Notes: a model not told the origin generated them from the letters alone. Shown: positions 50,488 through 63,457, numbered from the stretch's first letter. The stretch: DNA of 64,000 nucleotides from Candidatus Enterousia sp. (GCA_045530935.1 JAZSDC010000034.1:875-64874); one strand, 5' to 3'. A program made the numbers and translations.

Positions 50488-50590
50488 ATCAGATTCCTTG
50501 GGTTAATTATTATGTATCAGATTTAGCACAAATATGCAGATTTGCAAGGTTTTTGTTTACTTTTCAAAATGCTGTGATATCATTTTAGTC

Positions 50591-51487
50591 ATGACTAAAA
50601 AAACATATTCTGGCTTTGTTGCCATCATTGGCCCCACAAACGCGGGCAAAAGTACATTGTTAAACCAAATTATGGGACGGAAAGTCTCAATTGTCTCGCA
50701 CAAGGTGCAGACCACACGCACACGTCTGCGTGCCGTTAAAATGGTTGGGGATAAACAGTTGATATTTGTTGATACCCCCGGCGTGTTCAAGCCTTCGCGC
50801 CGTCTGGATCGTGCGATGGTCGCCGCCGCAATGGATGCGGTATCTGATGCCGATGCGGTATTGCTGTTAATTGACGCGCAAAAGGGTATAACCGAAACAA
50901 TTCGCGCCCTGGCAACCAAGATTGCCGACCGTCCAAATATATTTGTCGCATTGAACAAGGTTGATGCAATCCCCAAATTGGAATTGTTGCCAATGGTGGC
51001 GGAAATATCGCAAATGGCACCGTGGGGCGAAATCTTTATGATTTCTGCGTTAAAGAATGACGGTATCGCGCCAATGTTGGATGCATTGGCATCTGTTATG
51101 CCAGAAAGCCCATACTTGTTCGATACGGTTGATGCGCCTGATGTGCCTGATGAATTGTATCTGTCTGAATTAACGCGTGAAAAGATATACAAATACATTC
51201 ACCAAGAATTGCCATATCATATTAATGTTGTAACCGAACGCGTTGATGTCGCCGAAGATGGCGTTCTGGACATCTATCAGAAAATTGCCGTACGTAACGA
51301 TGGGCATAAAAAGATTGTTGTTGGCCGTGGTGGCGAACAGTTAAAAAGAATTGGCACCGCCGCCCGCCACGATATTCAGGACCAGTGGGGTGTAAACGCG
51401 CGCCTGCACCTGTTTGTTCGTGTTGAACCCGACTGGGAAGAAAAGGCAGAAAACTACATCGACCAGGGGTTGGAATTTAAAAAGTAA
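50591..51487 (+). CDS. era: GTPase Era
   Basis: G1 GPTNAGKST, G3 DTPG, G4 NKVD and a C-terminal KH domain. Confidence 0.92.
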   Translation: MTKKTYSGFVAIIGPTNAGKSTLLNQIMGRKVSIVSHKVQTTRTRLRAVKMVGDKQLIFVDTPGVFKPSRRLDRAMVAAAMDAVSDADAVLLLIDAQKGITETIRALATKIADRPNIFVALNKVDAIPKLELLPMVAEISQMAPWGEIFMISALKNDGIAPMLDALASVMPESPYLFDTVDAPDVPDELYLSELTREKIYKYIHQELPYHINVVTERVDVAEDGVLDIYQKIAVRNDGHKKIVVGRGGEQLKRIGTAARHDIQDQWGVNARLHLFVRVEPDWEEKAENYIDQGLEFKK

Positions 51488-51498
51488 AAGGATTTAAA

Positions 51499-51867
51499 AT
51501 GGCATTGCATAAAAAAGTTTTTCCGTATTTGTTGACCGGTTGCATGGCGTTAACAGGTTGTTATGGTCCAACTACCGACGGGGTTGTGCTGGAAAAGAAA
51601 GATAGCAAGGTTTTTGTTGATACAGACAACGATAAATTGGCCGACCAAGTGATAGATATATATTTCATTGGGGGGCATTATGATGCCCAAAAATATCAGG
51701 CTGTGTATGAGTACATCCTGCCCGGCGACAGTATCGCATTAAATCCATCTCTTTCTCGTGGGAACGGGCTTAATTCAGCAGACCTGAAAAGGGTTAACGG
51801 TAAAACACCAGATGAAATTTACGAATTGGTTAAAGTCAGACGGGCGCACAATGGGAAAATCCGTTAA
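51499..51867 (+). CDS. Hypothetical lipoprotein
   Basis: Lipobox LTGCMALTGC; 122 aa. Confidence 0.45.
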   Translation: MALHKKVFPYLLTGCMALTGCYGPTTDGVVLEKKDSKVFVDTDNDKLADQVIDIYFIGGHYDAQKYQAVYEYILPGDSIALNPSLSRGNGLNSADLKRVNGKTPDEIYELVKVRRAHNGKIR

Positions 51868-52894
51868 ATGTTAACACTATCTGATTTTGATTTTGAATTG
51901 CCACCTGAATTAATCGCATCGCGCCCGCTGGATGCACGCGACGCGTCACGCATGTTGGTGGTAAATGACACAGGGGTGACGGATAAACATATCCGTGATT
52001 TTTTGGATTATCTGCGCCCGGGCGATGTGGTTGTCTTTAACAATTCTCGTGTTATTCCTGCACGCTTTATGGCGGATGGCAAACATGAAATAACATTGCA
52101 TACCGCAACCGATGATGGTTGTTGGTGGGGATTGTGTCGGAAATTTACAAAAATACGGGTCGGCGAAACAATGTCGCTGGACGACGGCACGCAAATCAAA
52201 ATTTGTGACATTGATTCAGACAGTGGCCTGAAAATTAAATTCATGACCGATGATGTGTTTGCCACACTGGATCGGGTTGGCAAAATGCCATTGCCTCCAT
52301 ATATGAAGCGCGACGCAGAAATATCAGACCGCGAACGCTATCAGACGGTCTATGCCGATCCGATTGGTTCAATGGCTGCGCCAACCGCAGGTTTGCACTT
52401 TACGCCTGAGTTGCTGGATGAAATTCGTGCACGTGGTGCAAAAATTGTGAACATTACCCTGCATGTTGGTGCGGGCACATGGATGCCGGTCAAGACCGAA
52501 AATCTGTCTGAACATAAAATGCACAGCGAATGGGGCTGTATTACCGATGCCCAAGCGGAAATAATAAACAATGCCACGCGCGTAATTGCAGTGGGTACAA
52601 CATCGTTGCGATTGTTGGAAAGTGCGGCAATGCACAACAGTACGCCTGAAAAATATCGCCGTGTTGCGCCGTTTAATCAAACAACCGATATATTTATCAC
52701 GCCGGGCTATAAATTCCGTGTGGTTGATGTGTTGTTAACTAATTTCCATTTGCCAAAATCAACATTATTTATGTTGGTGTCGGCATTTGCTGGATTGCCA
52801 GAAATGCAGTCGGCATATTCGCACGCAATCGCTGAAAAATATCGCTTTTTCAGTTATGGTGATTGTTGCTTATTATTCAAGAATGAGGTGAGAG

Positions 52895-52905
<11 letters not shown>
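51868..52905 (+). CDS. queA: S-adenosylmethionine:tRNA ribosyltransferase-isomerase
   Basis: MLTLSDFDFELPPELIASRPL... is the QueA N-terminus. Confidence 0.9.
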
Positions 52906-55667
<2,762 letters not shown>

Positions 55668-55730
55668 ACTGTTGCAAAGGATAATAATAATCGTCTAAAC
55701 TCTTTTATATAATGTAAAGGAGTTTTTCTT

Positions 55731-56720
55731 ATGCCACGCAACAAGAAAGAAGTTGAAGTAATTGATATGGGCGGCGCCAAAACCGTTAAAAAGAAACAAT
55801 CTGTCATAACATGGACCAAGCGCATATTTGCAATAATAACGGTTGTATGGTTGGCATTGGTTGCGTGGGCACCATTACATGTAAAAAATACATATTCATC
55901 CCCAATTAAGAAATCAATCGTTGTATCTATGTTCTTTGACCTGCAAAAGGGTATTGTAAAGCAATACGAAGCGTTATTGGATGGTGTTGCAGATTCTATC
56001 AATCTGGAAAAACCGATTGCAGTTGCGATTGATGGTGTAAAAATGGCCGAAGATGCGGTTGATCGGGTCACAGATAAAACCGCCGCGGCCCGCGAAAAAA
56101 CCGCCCAGGTGTCGGAAAAAACAACCGGTATTAAAAAGTTAACGGGCCTGGCAAACAAATTTGGCGTTAAAACAGACGGTGTTGACAAGGCGGTCGCATC
56201 CATTGACCAAGGTGTTGATAAAGCAAATTCAGCCATTGAAAAAGTTGATAACACCGCCAAACTGGTGAACGAAAAATTAGAATCCGTAAAATCAAATCTG
56301 ACACGCGTTGCCCAGACAGAAATTGATAAAGCGCTGGACAGTGCGATTAAAGCTGCGTTGGACAAACAATCTGGCGGTCTGGGGACAACATTGCTGACGA
56401 ATTATGGTATTGAACATGTCTATCCATGGCGTCCGTCCAGTTGGGGTGTCGCAACAAAAATCTATAACGATTTATCAAAATCAGATGTTACAACAATAAC
56501 TGTTATCACAAACACAGTTGATAAGTATTTTGGATATGTTGCATGGGGACTGGTTGTTGCTGCGTGGGCAATCGGTCTGTACATCTGGTTTATGATGTTT
56601 AAGCGTGCAAAATCAATATTAAAGCCATTTAATGTCTGCCCGCGTTGTGGTCATACCTATGCGGACAAACGCACTGCGCTGGGCCTGTTAAAGGTTTTTC
56701 AGCCATGGACATGGTTTTAA
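55731..56720 (+). CDS. Hypothetical membrane protein with an A/K-rich helical repeat region and a C-terminal zinc-ribbon (CPRCGH)
   Basis: Own -10 (TATAAT) and RBS (AAAGGAG) upstream; two TM segments; repeated D..VDKA..AIEKV helical units. The overlapping minus-strand ORF 55625..56365 was judged a shadow. Confidence 0.55.
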   Translation: MPRNKKEVEVIDMGGAKTVKKKQSVITWTKRIFAIITVVWLALVAWAPLHVKNTYSSPIKKSIVVSMFFDLQKGIVKQYEALLDGVADSINLEKPIAVAIDGVKMAEDAVDRVTDKTAAAREKTAQVSEKTTGIKKLTGLANKFGVKTDGVDKAVASIDQGVDKANSAIEKVDNTAKLVNEKLESVKSNLTRVAQTEIDKALDSAIKAALDKQSGGLGTTLLTNYGIEHVYPWRPSSWGVATKIYNDLSKSDVTTITVITNTVDKYFGYVAWGLVVAAWAIGLYIWFMMFKRAKSILKPFNVCPRCGHTYADKRTALGLLKVFQPWTWF

Positions 56721-56733
56721 AAAGGGGGCAGAT

Positions 56734-56988
56734 ATGGCAGAGCACAAGGTTAGGCTTGTTCAAGATTTTTTTGATAACGCCATACGTGTCAAATTATCTG
56801 GCGGGCGTTCCTTTGTTGTAGCAGCGTGTTTACTGGCGTTGGTGTTTAATACATGTGCGACCAATGTGAATACCCGGAAAATCAAAGAGATTAAACGCCA
56901 AGAACTGGAACAATTAAAACGACAATATGCATTGGATTCATTAAAATTTGAATATATGAAATCGCAAAACGTGCAAAAAGTCTCGTAA
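56734..56988 (+). CDS. Hypothetical small protein (84 aa)
   Basis: RBS AAGGGGGC precedes the ATG; one TM segment. Confidence 0.45.
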   Translation: MAEHKVRLVQDFFDNAIRVKLSGGRSFVVAACLLALVFNTCATNVNTRKIKEIKRQELEQLKRQYALDSLKFEYMKSQNVQKVS

Positions 56989-57062
56989 AAATCGGGACTT
57001 TTAAATTTTTATAAAAAACACTTGCAATTGAATAAAATATGTGTCATTATTCATCACGCAAT

Positions 57063-57139
57063 GCGAGCGTAGCTCAGTTGGCTAGAGCGCAACCTTGCCA
57101 AGGTTGAGGTCGAGGGTTCGAGCCCCTTTGCTCGCACCA
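57063..57139 (+). tRNA. tRNA-Gly (anticodon GCC)
   Basis: I folded the cloverleaf by hand: acceptor GCGAGCG/TGCTCGC, anticodon loop TTGCCAA, T-loop TTCGAGC, CCA encoded. A terminator hairpin follows. Confidence 0.88.
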
Positions 57140-57216
57140 AAATTTTAAAAACCGTCCATCAGGGCGGTTTTTTGATTTTGTCGACAAAGGGGCTATGTTA
57201 GCGAGGCGAGGGCGCT

Positions 57217-58311
57217 TTATCTAATTTTTTGATTTTTGTTAGGCATCAATTTTATCAAGCCCTTTTTTATAGCCGCAATATTTTTTTTATTATTTTCACA
57301 TTTTGTACAAACTGTTTTTGAACAAAAATGACAAAATACGGTTGGAAAATATCTTAAGTGGGCGCGGATACAGTTGTATGACAGTGTGGCAAACTCATGC
57401 ATATAGTCTCGATAGATTGTGGCGTACTCTGGATATTTTTCCAATTCTAACAACAATGTTCCAAAATACTGTATTAATGCAGAAGAATATCGACGTCGTG
57501 ATTTGTATATGGGCATGTATGATGTATAGTCTGTCAACGTGCCAGAATGACGATTATAGTAATACACACTGTCGCAAACAGTTGATACCTTTTTTGCATG
57601 CAATATTGCCAGTGTGCAGAATAATATATCTTCGTCCAATGGCATATCGACTTCAAAGCTTAATTTGTGTTTGTTCAGGAAATTGCGACGATATACCGCA
57701 AAGTTTGCACTTTCGCGATCGTAAGATTGTAAAATTGCAAAGTCTTTATTCGCTAATTTTGTGTCAAAAATCCGATTTTTCTTATACACCAGGGCTGTAA
57801 TTTCCCCGGTTGATTTTTTTACGCCAATCTTGCCACCCATGGCAATTTCTGCATTATTGTTGCGCGCAGAATCAATCATACGTGTAAAATATTCTGTGTC
57901 ACCCAGTGGTGCTTCGGGGAAATTGTCGTCTATTGTGCCGCTTTTGTACACCATATTGGCGTGTTCATAATTTTCTTTTTGGTTGTGCAAATAAGGCTCG
58001 CACTTTTTTAATGTTACGCCAACCATATCATCGGCATCGACAAAGCTTATATATTCGCCACGGGCCTGGCGCAATCCGCGATTTCTCGCGACAGATACAC
58101 CCCGGTTTTCCTGGCAAAGTAATTCGATGTTTGGATGTTTTATTGAATATTCCTGAACAATATCTGGGCCATTATCTTTTGAGCCATCGTCAACAACAAT
58201 TACTTGAAAATCTGGAAATCCATTCTGAGCAATGATACTGTCCAAACACTGGCGAATGTATGGCGCTGTATTATACATAGGTATGATAATCGATAGTATA
58301 GGTTTTTTCAT
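57217..58311 (-). CDS. Family 2 glycosyltransferase
   Basis: KPILSIIIPMYNTAPYIRQCLDSI...VVDDGSKD...FVDADD. I trimmed the start to the ATG at 58311. Confidence 0.8.
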   Translation of the reverse strand: MKKPILSIIIPMYNTAPYIRQCLDSIIAQNGFPDFQVIVVDDGSKDNGPDIVQEYSIKHPNIELLCQENRGVSVARNRGLRQARGEYISFVDADDMVGVTLKKCEPYLHNQKENYEHANMVYKSGTIDDNFPEAPLGDTEYFTRMIDSARNNNAEIAMGGKIGVKKSTGEITALVYKKNRIFDTKLANKDFAILQSYDRESANFAVYRRNFLNKHKLSFEVDMPLDEDILFCTLAILHAKKVSTVCDSVYYYNRHSGTLTDYTSYMPIYKSRRRYSSALIQYFGTLLLELEKYPEYATIYRDYMHEFATLSYNCIRAHLRYFPTVFCHFCSKTVCTKCENNKKNIAAIKKGLIKLMPNKNQKIR

Positions 58312-58552
58312 AAGAATAAACTTAGTATAAAATAGCAATTTGTCAACTTTAATTGTTTTTTTTGTATATTTTTCTTTACTTTTTACATTGGTTGTATAAT
58401 AATCTAAGTTAGCTAATAAAACAAAACGGCGTACATAGAAATGAAATTTGCATCTAAACATTTTAATTAATATGGTGCGACCAACAGATTAACAAACTGC
58501 GGGCGCACCTTTCTGCGTCCGTTTTTTATTTTTAACCAAAAGACCAGGTAAA

Positions 58553-58735
58553 ATGTCAGAAAACATAACAAACAATGCAATTTCAATAAACAAATTAACC
58601 GCGCGTCTGCAAAAGGCAGAAAATATTCGTGCGCCTGGCAGATCATGTGATGGTGTTGGTGTTGACAGATTGGCCAGTATTATTTTTGACCAACCAACAC
58701 TGCGTGATGTGATTCTGTTTCCAATAATGAAGTGA
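58553..58735 (+). pseudogene. C-terminal remnant of a class IIb aminoacyl-tRNA synthetase (LysRS/AspRS/AsnRS or EpmA-like)
   Basis: ...GRSCDGVGVDRLASIIFDQPTLRDVILFPIMK matches the end of class II motif 3 (G.G.DRL.M......IRDVILFP.M). The upstream about 1.3 kb that a full gene would need is occupied by the glycosyltransferase gene. Confidence 0.55.
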
Positions 58736-58755
58736 CCAGCCAAAGGGGGGTAATA

Positions 58756-60156
58756 ATGTCTTATATCAGTGCTGAAACAGTTGCCAAAGACATCGCCGCA
58801 GAAAATGACAGAAAGAATCTGCTTGCTATTGATAAAGCTTTGGAATCTGGGCGTATAAACGAAGTTGCGGCAGATCATTTGCGATTGCTGTATTCGGACA
58901 GTATGCACTGGTTCCGTGAAGTGTTTTATGTTCTGGGCAAATGCTTTGGTGCGCCCAAGGCTGCGGTTATGAAATACGATTATGATTCCGACTCTGCGAT
59001 TGATGAACCGATGCGCATTTCTGATATTAATCCATTGTCCCCATATATTGTGCAGCATCGTCTGGATGCGGACCCAATGCGCAATCAGTTTTTTACCAGT
59101 TCTGCCGGTCACAAGATTGATTTGGCAGTGTCGTCCATCGTTACGGTTATTGTGGCTGCCCAGAAGAAAATTGGGCGTGCACTGGATAAAATGACGGGTA
59201 AATACTATGCTAAATACGTGGACGAGGTTGCGTCAACCGTATATCGCGTAATTGCATCGCACGAACGCGAAGCGTCCGCGCGCGCCATTGCGACCAAGAT
59301 TCGCGATAAATTGAACGAAAAATATATTTCAACACCATCAGAAACGGTATTGTCTATTATTGGTTCTGGACATGAAAATATTGCGGTTGATTTAGTTCGT
59401 GCCCTGGACCGGGTTGAAAAACCGCGTATGCGTCTGCAGGATGTCTGGCGTGTAAAGTGTCTGTTTGATTTGATACCTCAGGCGCGCACATTTATTGAAC
59501 GGATTCAGGCAATGATGCCAGATCGTATTATATCTGTCCGCGACAGTTTCTATAATATGCAAAATCCGCGTAATTATCGTGATGCCAAGATTGTAATAAA
59601 CATCGGACCGAACCCAGAAACAATTGTCCCGATGGAGATTATCTGTCAGGTTCGTACATTCTTTGAATTTGAACGCCAAACGCACCTGGCGTACGAAGAT
59701 GCACGCAAGAAAAAGTGTACAAAATCAGATAATATAGAAGCGCGCCTGGCGACCTTTATGGAAAATGGTGTAAAATCATATAACAGTATGATTTGCAACT
59801 GTTTGGAAGATTTGTTTGATCGTGTTGGTTGGAATTTGTTGTATTCCCAGGGGGATTCAACCGCAATGTTCGAAGGCTTTCCAAAAGAATGTAAACTGTA
59901 TTATCCGCAAAAAATCCTGGATAATATAAACGAAAAATTGGATGATGCGATTGAAAACGAATTGTTTTCCATTGATAATGCGCCGATAAAACTGTCGCGT
60001 GTGCAACAGGCAAATATATTCCACTTTATGGCGCGTTTTGTCTTGGTTGCTGCAATGCCATATATGCAGCGCGACTGGGCGATGCCACAAACAACCCAGG
60101 CAGGCAAGTTGTTTAACTTTGTCATGACCGAGGTTCAGCGTTACTATAAAAAATAA
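58756..60156 (+). CDS. Hypothetical 467-aa protein whose core resembles a RelA/SpoT-homolog (synthetase-type) nucleotidyltransferase fold
   Basis: RBS GGGGG precedes the ATG at 58756. The segment ...RLQDVWRVKCLF...YRDAKIVINIG...PMEIICQVRTFFEFERQTHLAYEDARKK mirrors RSH blocks (D..G.Rhh / NGY.S.H.vv / E.QIRT / H..Y.). Syn1 (R.K...S...K) is not evident and the ExQxRT glutamate is replaced. Confidence 0.45.
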   Translation: MSYISAETVAKDIAAENDRKNLLAIDKALESGRINEVAADHLRLLYSDSMHWFREVFYVLGKCFGAPKAAVMKYDYDSDSAIDEPMRISDINPLSPYIVQHRLDADPMRNQFFTSSAGHKIDLAVSSIVTVIVAAQKKIGRALDKMTGKYYAKYVDEVASTVYRVIASHEREASARAIATKIRDKLNEKYISTPSETVLSIIGSGHENIAVDLVRALDRVEKPRMRLQDVWRVKCLFDLIPQARTFIERIQAMMPDRIISVRDSFYNMQNPRNYRDAKIVINIGPNPETIVPMEIICQVRTFFEFERQTHLAYEDARKKKCTKSDNIEARLATFMENGVKSYNSMICNCLEDLFDRVGWNLLYSQGDSTAMFEGFPKECKLYYPQKILDNINEKLDDAIENELFSIDNAPIKLSRVQQANIFHFMARFVLVAAMPYMQRDWAMPQTTQAGKLFNFVMTEVQRYYKK

Positions 60157-60283
60157 GTTTTTGTTTAAATAACAAAGGGGGATTTTTATTCCCCTTGCTT
60201 TCAGTTTAAAAAAATGTAAAAATTATAACCAGGTTCTTGTTTGATTTGTAAGAACCATAACTGCATAAGGAAAGGATAGGATT

Positions 60284-60625
60284 ATGCGTCAAGGAAAAGT
60301 AAAATGGTACAATGGTAAGAAGTGTTTTGGCTTTATCAGTCCTGATACTCCAAACGCGGATGGCAACACAGATGATGTATTTGTGCATTCCAGTTCATTA
60401 AAAGCCGCCGGCATCAGATTTTTAAATGAAAATGACATTGTCGAATTTGAAGAAGAAGTTCGCAATGGTAAGTTGTCTGCAACAACAATTGCTGTTGTAC
60501 AACGTGACGAGGAATCCGCACGTCGTTTCCAGGAACGTCGAGCAGAACGTCGTCGTGCAATCGAAGAACGCAAACAGCGCGAAGAAAAATCATCTCGTCG
60601 TGGGTTTGCATTCTGGAAAAAATAA
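60284..60625 (+). CDS. cspA: Cold-shock domain protein with a C-terminal Arg/Glu-rich extension
   Basis: CSD motifs KWYNGKKCFGFI and VFVHSS; a 45-aa charged tail (RRFQERRAERRRAIEERKQREEK). A 5'-UTR hairpin ggttctt..aagaacc lies upstream. Confidence 0.85.
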   Translation: MRQGKVKWYNGKKCFGFISPDTPNADGNTDDVFVHSSSLKAAGIRFLNENDIVEFEEEVRNGKLSATTIAVVQRDEESARRFQERRAERRRAIEERKQREEKSSRRGFAFWKK

Positions 60626-60725
60626 GATTTCTTAAAAACGCCCCTGGTGGGGCGTTTTTTGATATTGAAAAACAAAAAATATTATATAAAGTTATATTTA
60701 ACGAGAACGGAAAAAAGGATGTATT

Positions 60726-61265
60726 ATGTGGACGATTATCGGGATTGTATTAATTACATTATTATATTTTATTGCTGTTTATAATGGGTTGGTTGCACGC
60801 AAGAACCAGGTGCGCGAAGCGTGGGCGACTGTTGATACTCAATTGAAACGTCGATATGATTTAATTCCTAATTTGATTGAAACTGTTCGTGGTGCGGCAG
60901 CACATGAATCAGAAACATTGGCGGCGGTAACAAATGCACGTAATGCGGCAATGTCGGCCAATGGTCCCATGTCTGCAGATGCGCAAAATAAATTAACACA
61001 AACATTAAAATCATTATTTGCTGTTGCTGAAAGTTATCCTGATTTAAAAGCGAATCAGAATTTTCTAGAATTACAACGTGAACTTTCTGATACGGAAAAT
61101 AAAATTCAGGCCACGCGTCAATTTTATAATACTGTTGTTATGGGATTAAATACTCAAATTGAACAATTCCCATCAAATTTAGTTGCGAAAATGTTCGGTA
61201 TAACCCAGGAAAAAATGTTTGAAATTGACGAAGCGGAAAAAGTCGCGCCAAAGGTTAAATTTTAA
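60726..61265 (+). CDS. lemA: LemA family protein
   Basis: N-terminal TM segment plus the LemA signature (NGLVARKNQVREAWATVDTQLKRRYDLIPNL). Confidence 0.8.
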   Translation: MWTIIGIVLITLLYFIAVYNGLVARKNQVREAWATVDTQLKRRYDLIPNLIETVRGAAAHESETLAAVTNARNAAMSANGPMSADAQNKLTQTLKSLFAVAESYPDLKANQNFLELQRELSDTENKIQATRQFYNTVVMGLNTQIEQFPSNLVAKMFGITQEKMFEIDEAEKVAPKVKF

Positions 61266-62110
61266 TGTCTCAGGATTTTTCATTGCATACGCATACCATT
61301 GGCTGCGATGGCAAGAATACCGTTGCAGAAATGGTTGCGCGTGCACACGAGATAGGGATGCAGGCAATTGGAATATCGAACCACTTTATTGTGCATCCTA
61401 AAATTCGTGAATCTAATTTTTATCCGCATGCTGTCAAGGGCGGGTACAGTCAGATATACAGCACATCTTTTGATGAAGTTATGTCGCGTTTCGTTCCGAT
61501 ATATGAAGAGCTGGCACGTGTCGCAGCAAACTCACCGATTAAGGTTTTACGCGGATTAGAGGTTGATTTCTTTGCAGATTCAAAATGGCGCCAGGTTTTC
61601 GAACGCACAATTACTATTTTGAAACCTGATTATTTGATTGGTGCGTGTCATTTTATCGAATACGATGGTCTGCTGTGTAATGTGCATGATATGGCGCATG
61701 CAGATGCAGATACGCGTGATAAAATGATAAAAAAATATTGGCAAAAGATATCTGCCGCTGCGGCATCGGGGTTGTTCACATGGATGGCGCATCTTGATTT
61801 GCCACGCAAGGTGGGGGTTGGCGCTGGGGATGAATGGCGTATTATCGAGCGATTTGTCATCGAAGAACTTGCCAAGCATAAAATGCCAATAGAGGTTAAT
61901 ACAGGATTGCAACCTGAACCATACCCCGCATTTCGTATTTTAAAAATGGCGGCTCGGGCGGATTTGCCTGTTTTGATTAGTGATGATGCGCATCGCGCGG
62001 AACAAATCGGGCGTTTTTTTGATAGTGCAGAACAGTTATGCAACCGGGCAGGGGTAAAAAATCGTTTGTCTTTACAGAAAATACTTGATTTTTCAAACAA
62101 AACACTATAA
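61265..62110 (+). CDS. PHP-domain (histidinol-phosphatase-like) metal-dependent phosphoesterase
   Basis: LHTHTIGCDG is the PHP motif I; downstream His/Asp metal ligands. Confidence 0.65.
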   Translation: MSQDFSLHTHTIGCDGKNTVAEMVARAHEIGMQAIGISNHFIVHPKIRESNFYPHAVKGGYSQIYSTSFDEVMSRFVPIYEELARVAANSPIKVLRGLEVDFFADSKWRQVFERTITILKPDYLIGACHFIEYDGLLCNVHDMAHADADTRDKMIKKYWQKISAAAASGLFTWMAHLDLPRKVGVGAGDEWRIIERFVIEELAKHKMPIEVNTGLQPEPYPAFRILKMAARADLPVLISDDAHRAEQIGRFFDSAEQLCNRAGVKNRLSLQKILDFSNKTL

Positions 62111-62229
62111 AATGCCCCACGCTGGGTAACCAGAACTGATTAAACAGTGGTGCTGTTTTGGTCCCATTTGTGATAAGGATTCTGTTCTAAACCACCCGGC
62201 ACCTAAAAACCAAAATAAAAGGATAAATT

Positions 62230-62862
62230 ATGGCAAGAGCTGGTGCAAAACGCAGCACACGCAAATTAAAAATCGGACGCAGTCTGGGCGTGAACCTGTG
62301 GGGACAGGCAAAATCTCCATTTAACAAACGTAAATATAAACCTGGTCAGCATGGCCCAACATCTCGTGGTGGTAATTCTTCGGATTATGCAAAACAGATG
62401 CGCGCCAAACAGACATTAAAGGGTTATTATGGCAATGTTGGCGAAAAGAAGTTCCGCAAATACTATCTGGAAGCGGCCAATATGAAGGGCGACACACCAG
62501 AAAATTTGATTGGTTTGTTGGAACGTCGTTTGGATGCGGTTGTATATCGTGCAAAGTTGGCACCAACTGTATTCTCTTCACGTCAGTTAATCAGCCATGG
62601 TCATATTAATGTTAACGGCAAACGCGTTAAGGTTGCATCATATCAGGTAAAGCCAGGCGATGTTATTACTGTCAGCGAAAAAGCAAAACAGATGCCATTG
62701 GTTGTATTGGCTCTGGAATCTGCAGAACGCAATTTTGCGGACTATGTTTCTGTTGACAGCGCAAACTTTACTGCGACATTTGTTCGTGTACCTGCATTTG
62801 CAGATGTTCCATATCCAGTTCAAATGTTCCCAGAATTGGTTGTCGAATTCTATTCTCGTTAA
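62230..62862 (+). CDS. rpsD: 30S ribosomal protein S4
   Basis: [25 protein letters not shown]... is the S4 N-terminus, followed by the S4 domain. Confidence 0.95.
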   Translation: MARAGAKRSTRKLKIGRSLGVNLWGQAKSPFNKRKYKPGQHGPTSRGGNSSDYAKQMRAKQTLKGYYGNVGEKKFRKYYLEAANMKGDTPENLIGLLERRLDAVVYRAKLAPTVFSSRQLISHGHINVNGKRVKVASYQVKPGDVITVSEKAKQMPLVVLALESAERNFADYVSVDSANFTATFVRVPAFADVPYPVQMFPELVVEFYSR

Positions 62863-62957
62863 TAGAAGCAACGATTGTAAGAAAAAAACCGCCGTTTTGG
62901 CGGTTTTTTGTAATTATATTTGCTTTTTTTGTTCTTGTAATATAAAATTACAACACT

Positions 62958-63428
62958 ATGGCAAGACAAATTATTAAATCAGGACAGGTTTCAGAAAATC
63001 GCAAGGCGCGATTTAATTATTCTATTGAAGATACAATAGAAGCTGGAATTTCCTTAACCGGTGCAGAAATCAAATCTATTCGTTATGGCCTGGTAACCAT
63101 TGTTGACGGATTTGTGCAACGGCGTGGAGATAACTTGTTTTTGGCTGGTGTTGAAATTCAAAAATTACCCACCGCTGCACGTATTGTAAATTTTGATGAA
63201 AGACGCAGTCGTCAACTGTTATTGCACAGGAATCAGATTAATCGTTTGATTGGCAAATTGCAAGAAAAAGGCGCCACAATTGTTCCGTTAAAGTTGTATT
63301 TCAATACGCGTGGTAAATTAAAGGTTTTGCTGGGGGTTGGTTATGGTAAAAACAAGGTTGACAAGCGTGAAACAATCAAACAGCGCGAGTGGGATAAAAA
63401 CAAAGCGCGTATTTTAAAGGGCAGATAA
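62958..63428 (+). CDS. smpB: SsrA-binding protein SmpB
   Basis: KARFNYSIEDTIEAGISLTGAEIKSIR... is the SmpB signature. Confidence 0.93.
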   Translation: MARQIIKSGQVSENRKARFNYSIEDTIEAGISLTGAEIKSIRYGLVTIVDGFVQRRGDNLFLAGVEIQKLPTAARIVNFDERRSRQLLLHRNQINRLIGKLQEKGATIVPLKLYFNTRGKLKVLLGVGYGKNKVDKRETIKQREWDKNKARILKGR

Positions 63429-63457
63429 AAAAAACGCCGTTGTCGGCGTTATTTTTG

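Noticed and set aside
58489-59112. Minus-strand 207-aa ORF overlapping the aaRS remnant and the start of the 467-aa gene
   Set aside because: Antisense shadow. The + strand carries the recognisable class II motif-3 ending and a strong RBS for the downstream gene.
62863-63457. tmRNA (ssrA) next to smpB
   Set aside because: No tRNA-like 3' domain (GGTTCGA...CCACCA) or tag reading frame was found around smpB. The flanks contain only terminator hairpins.
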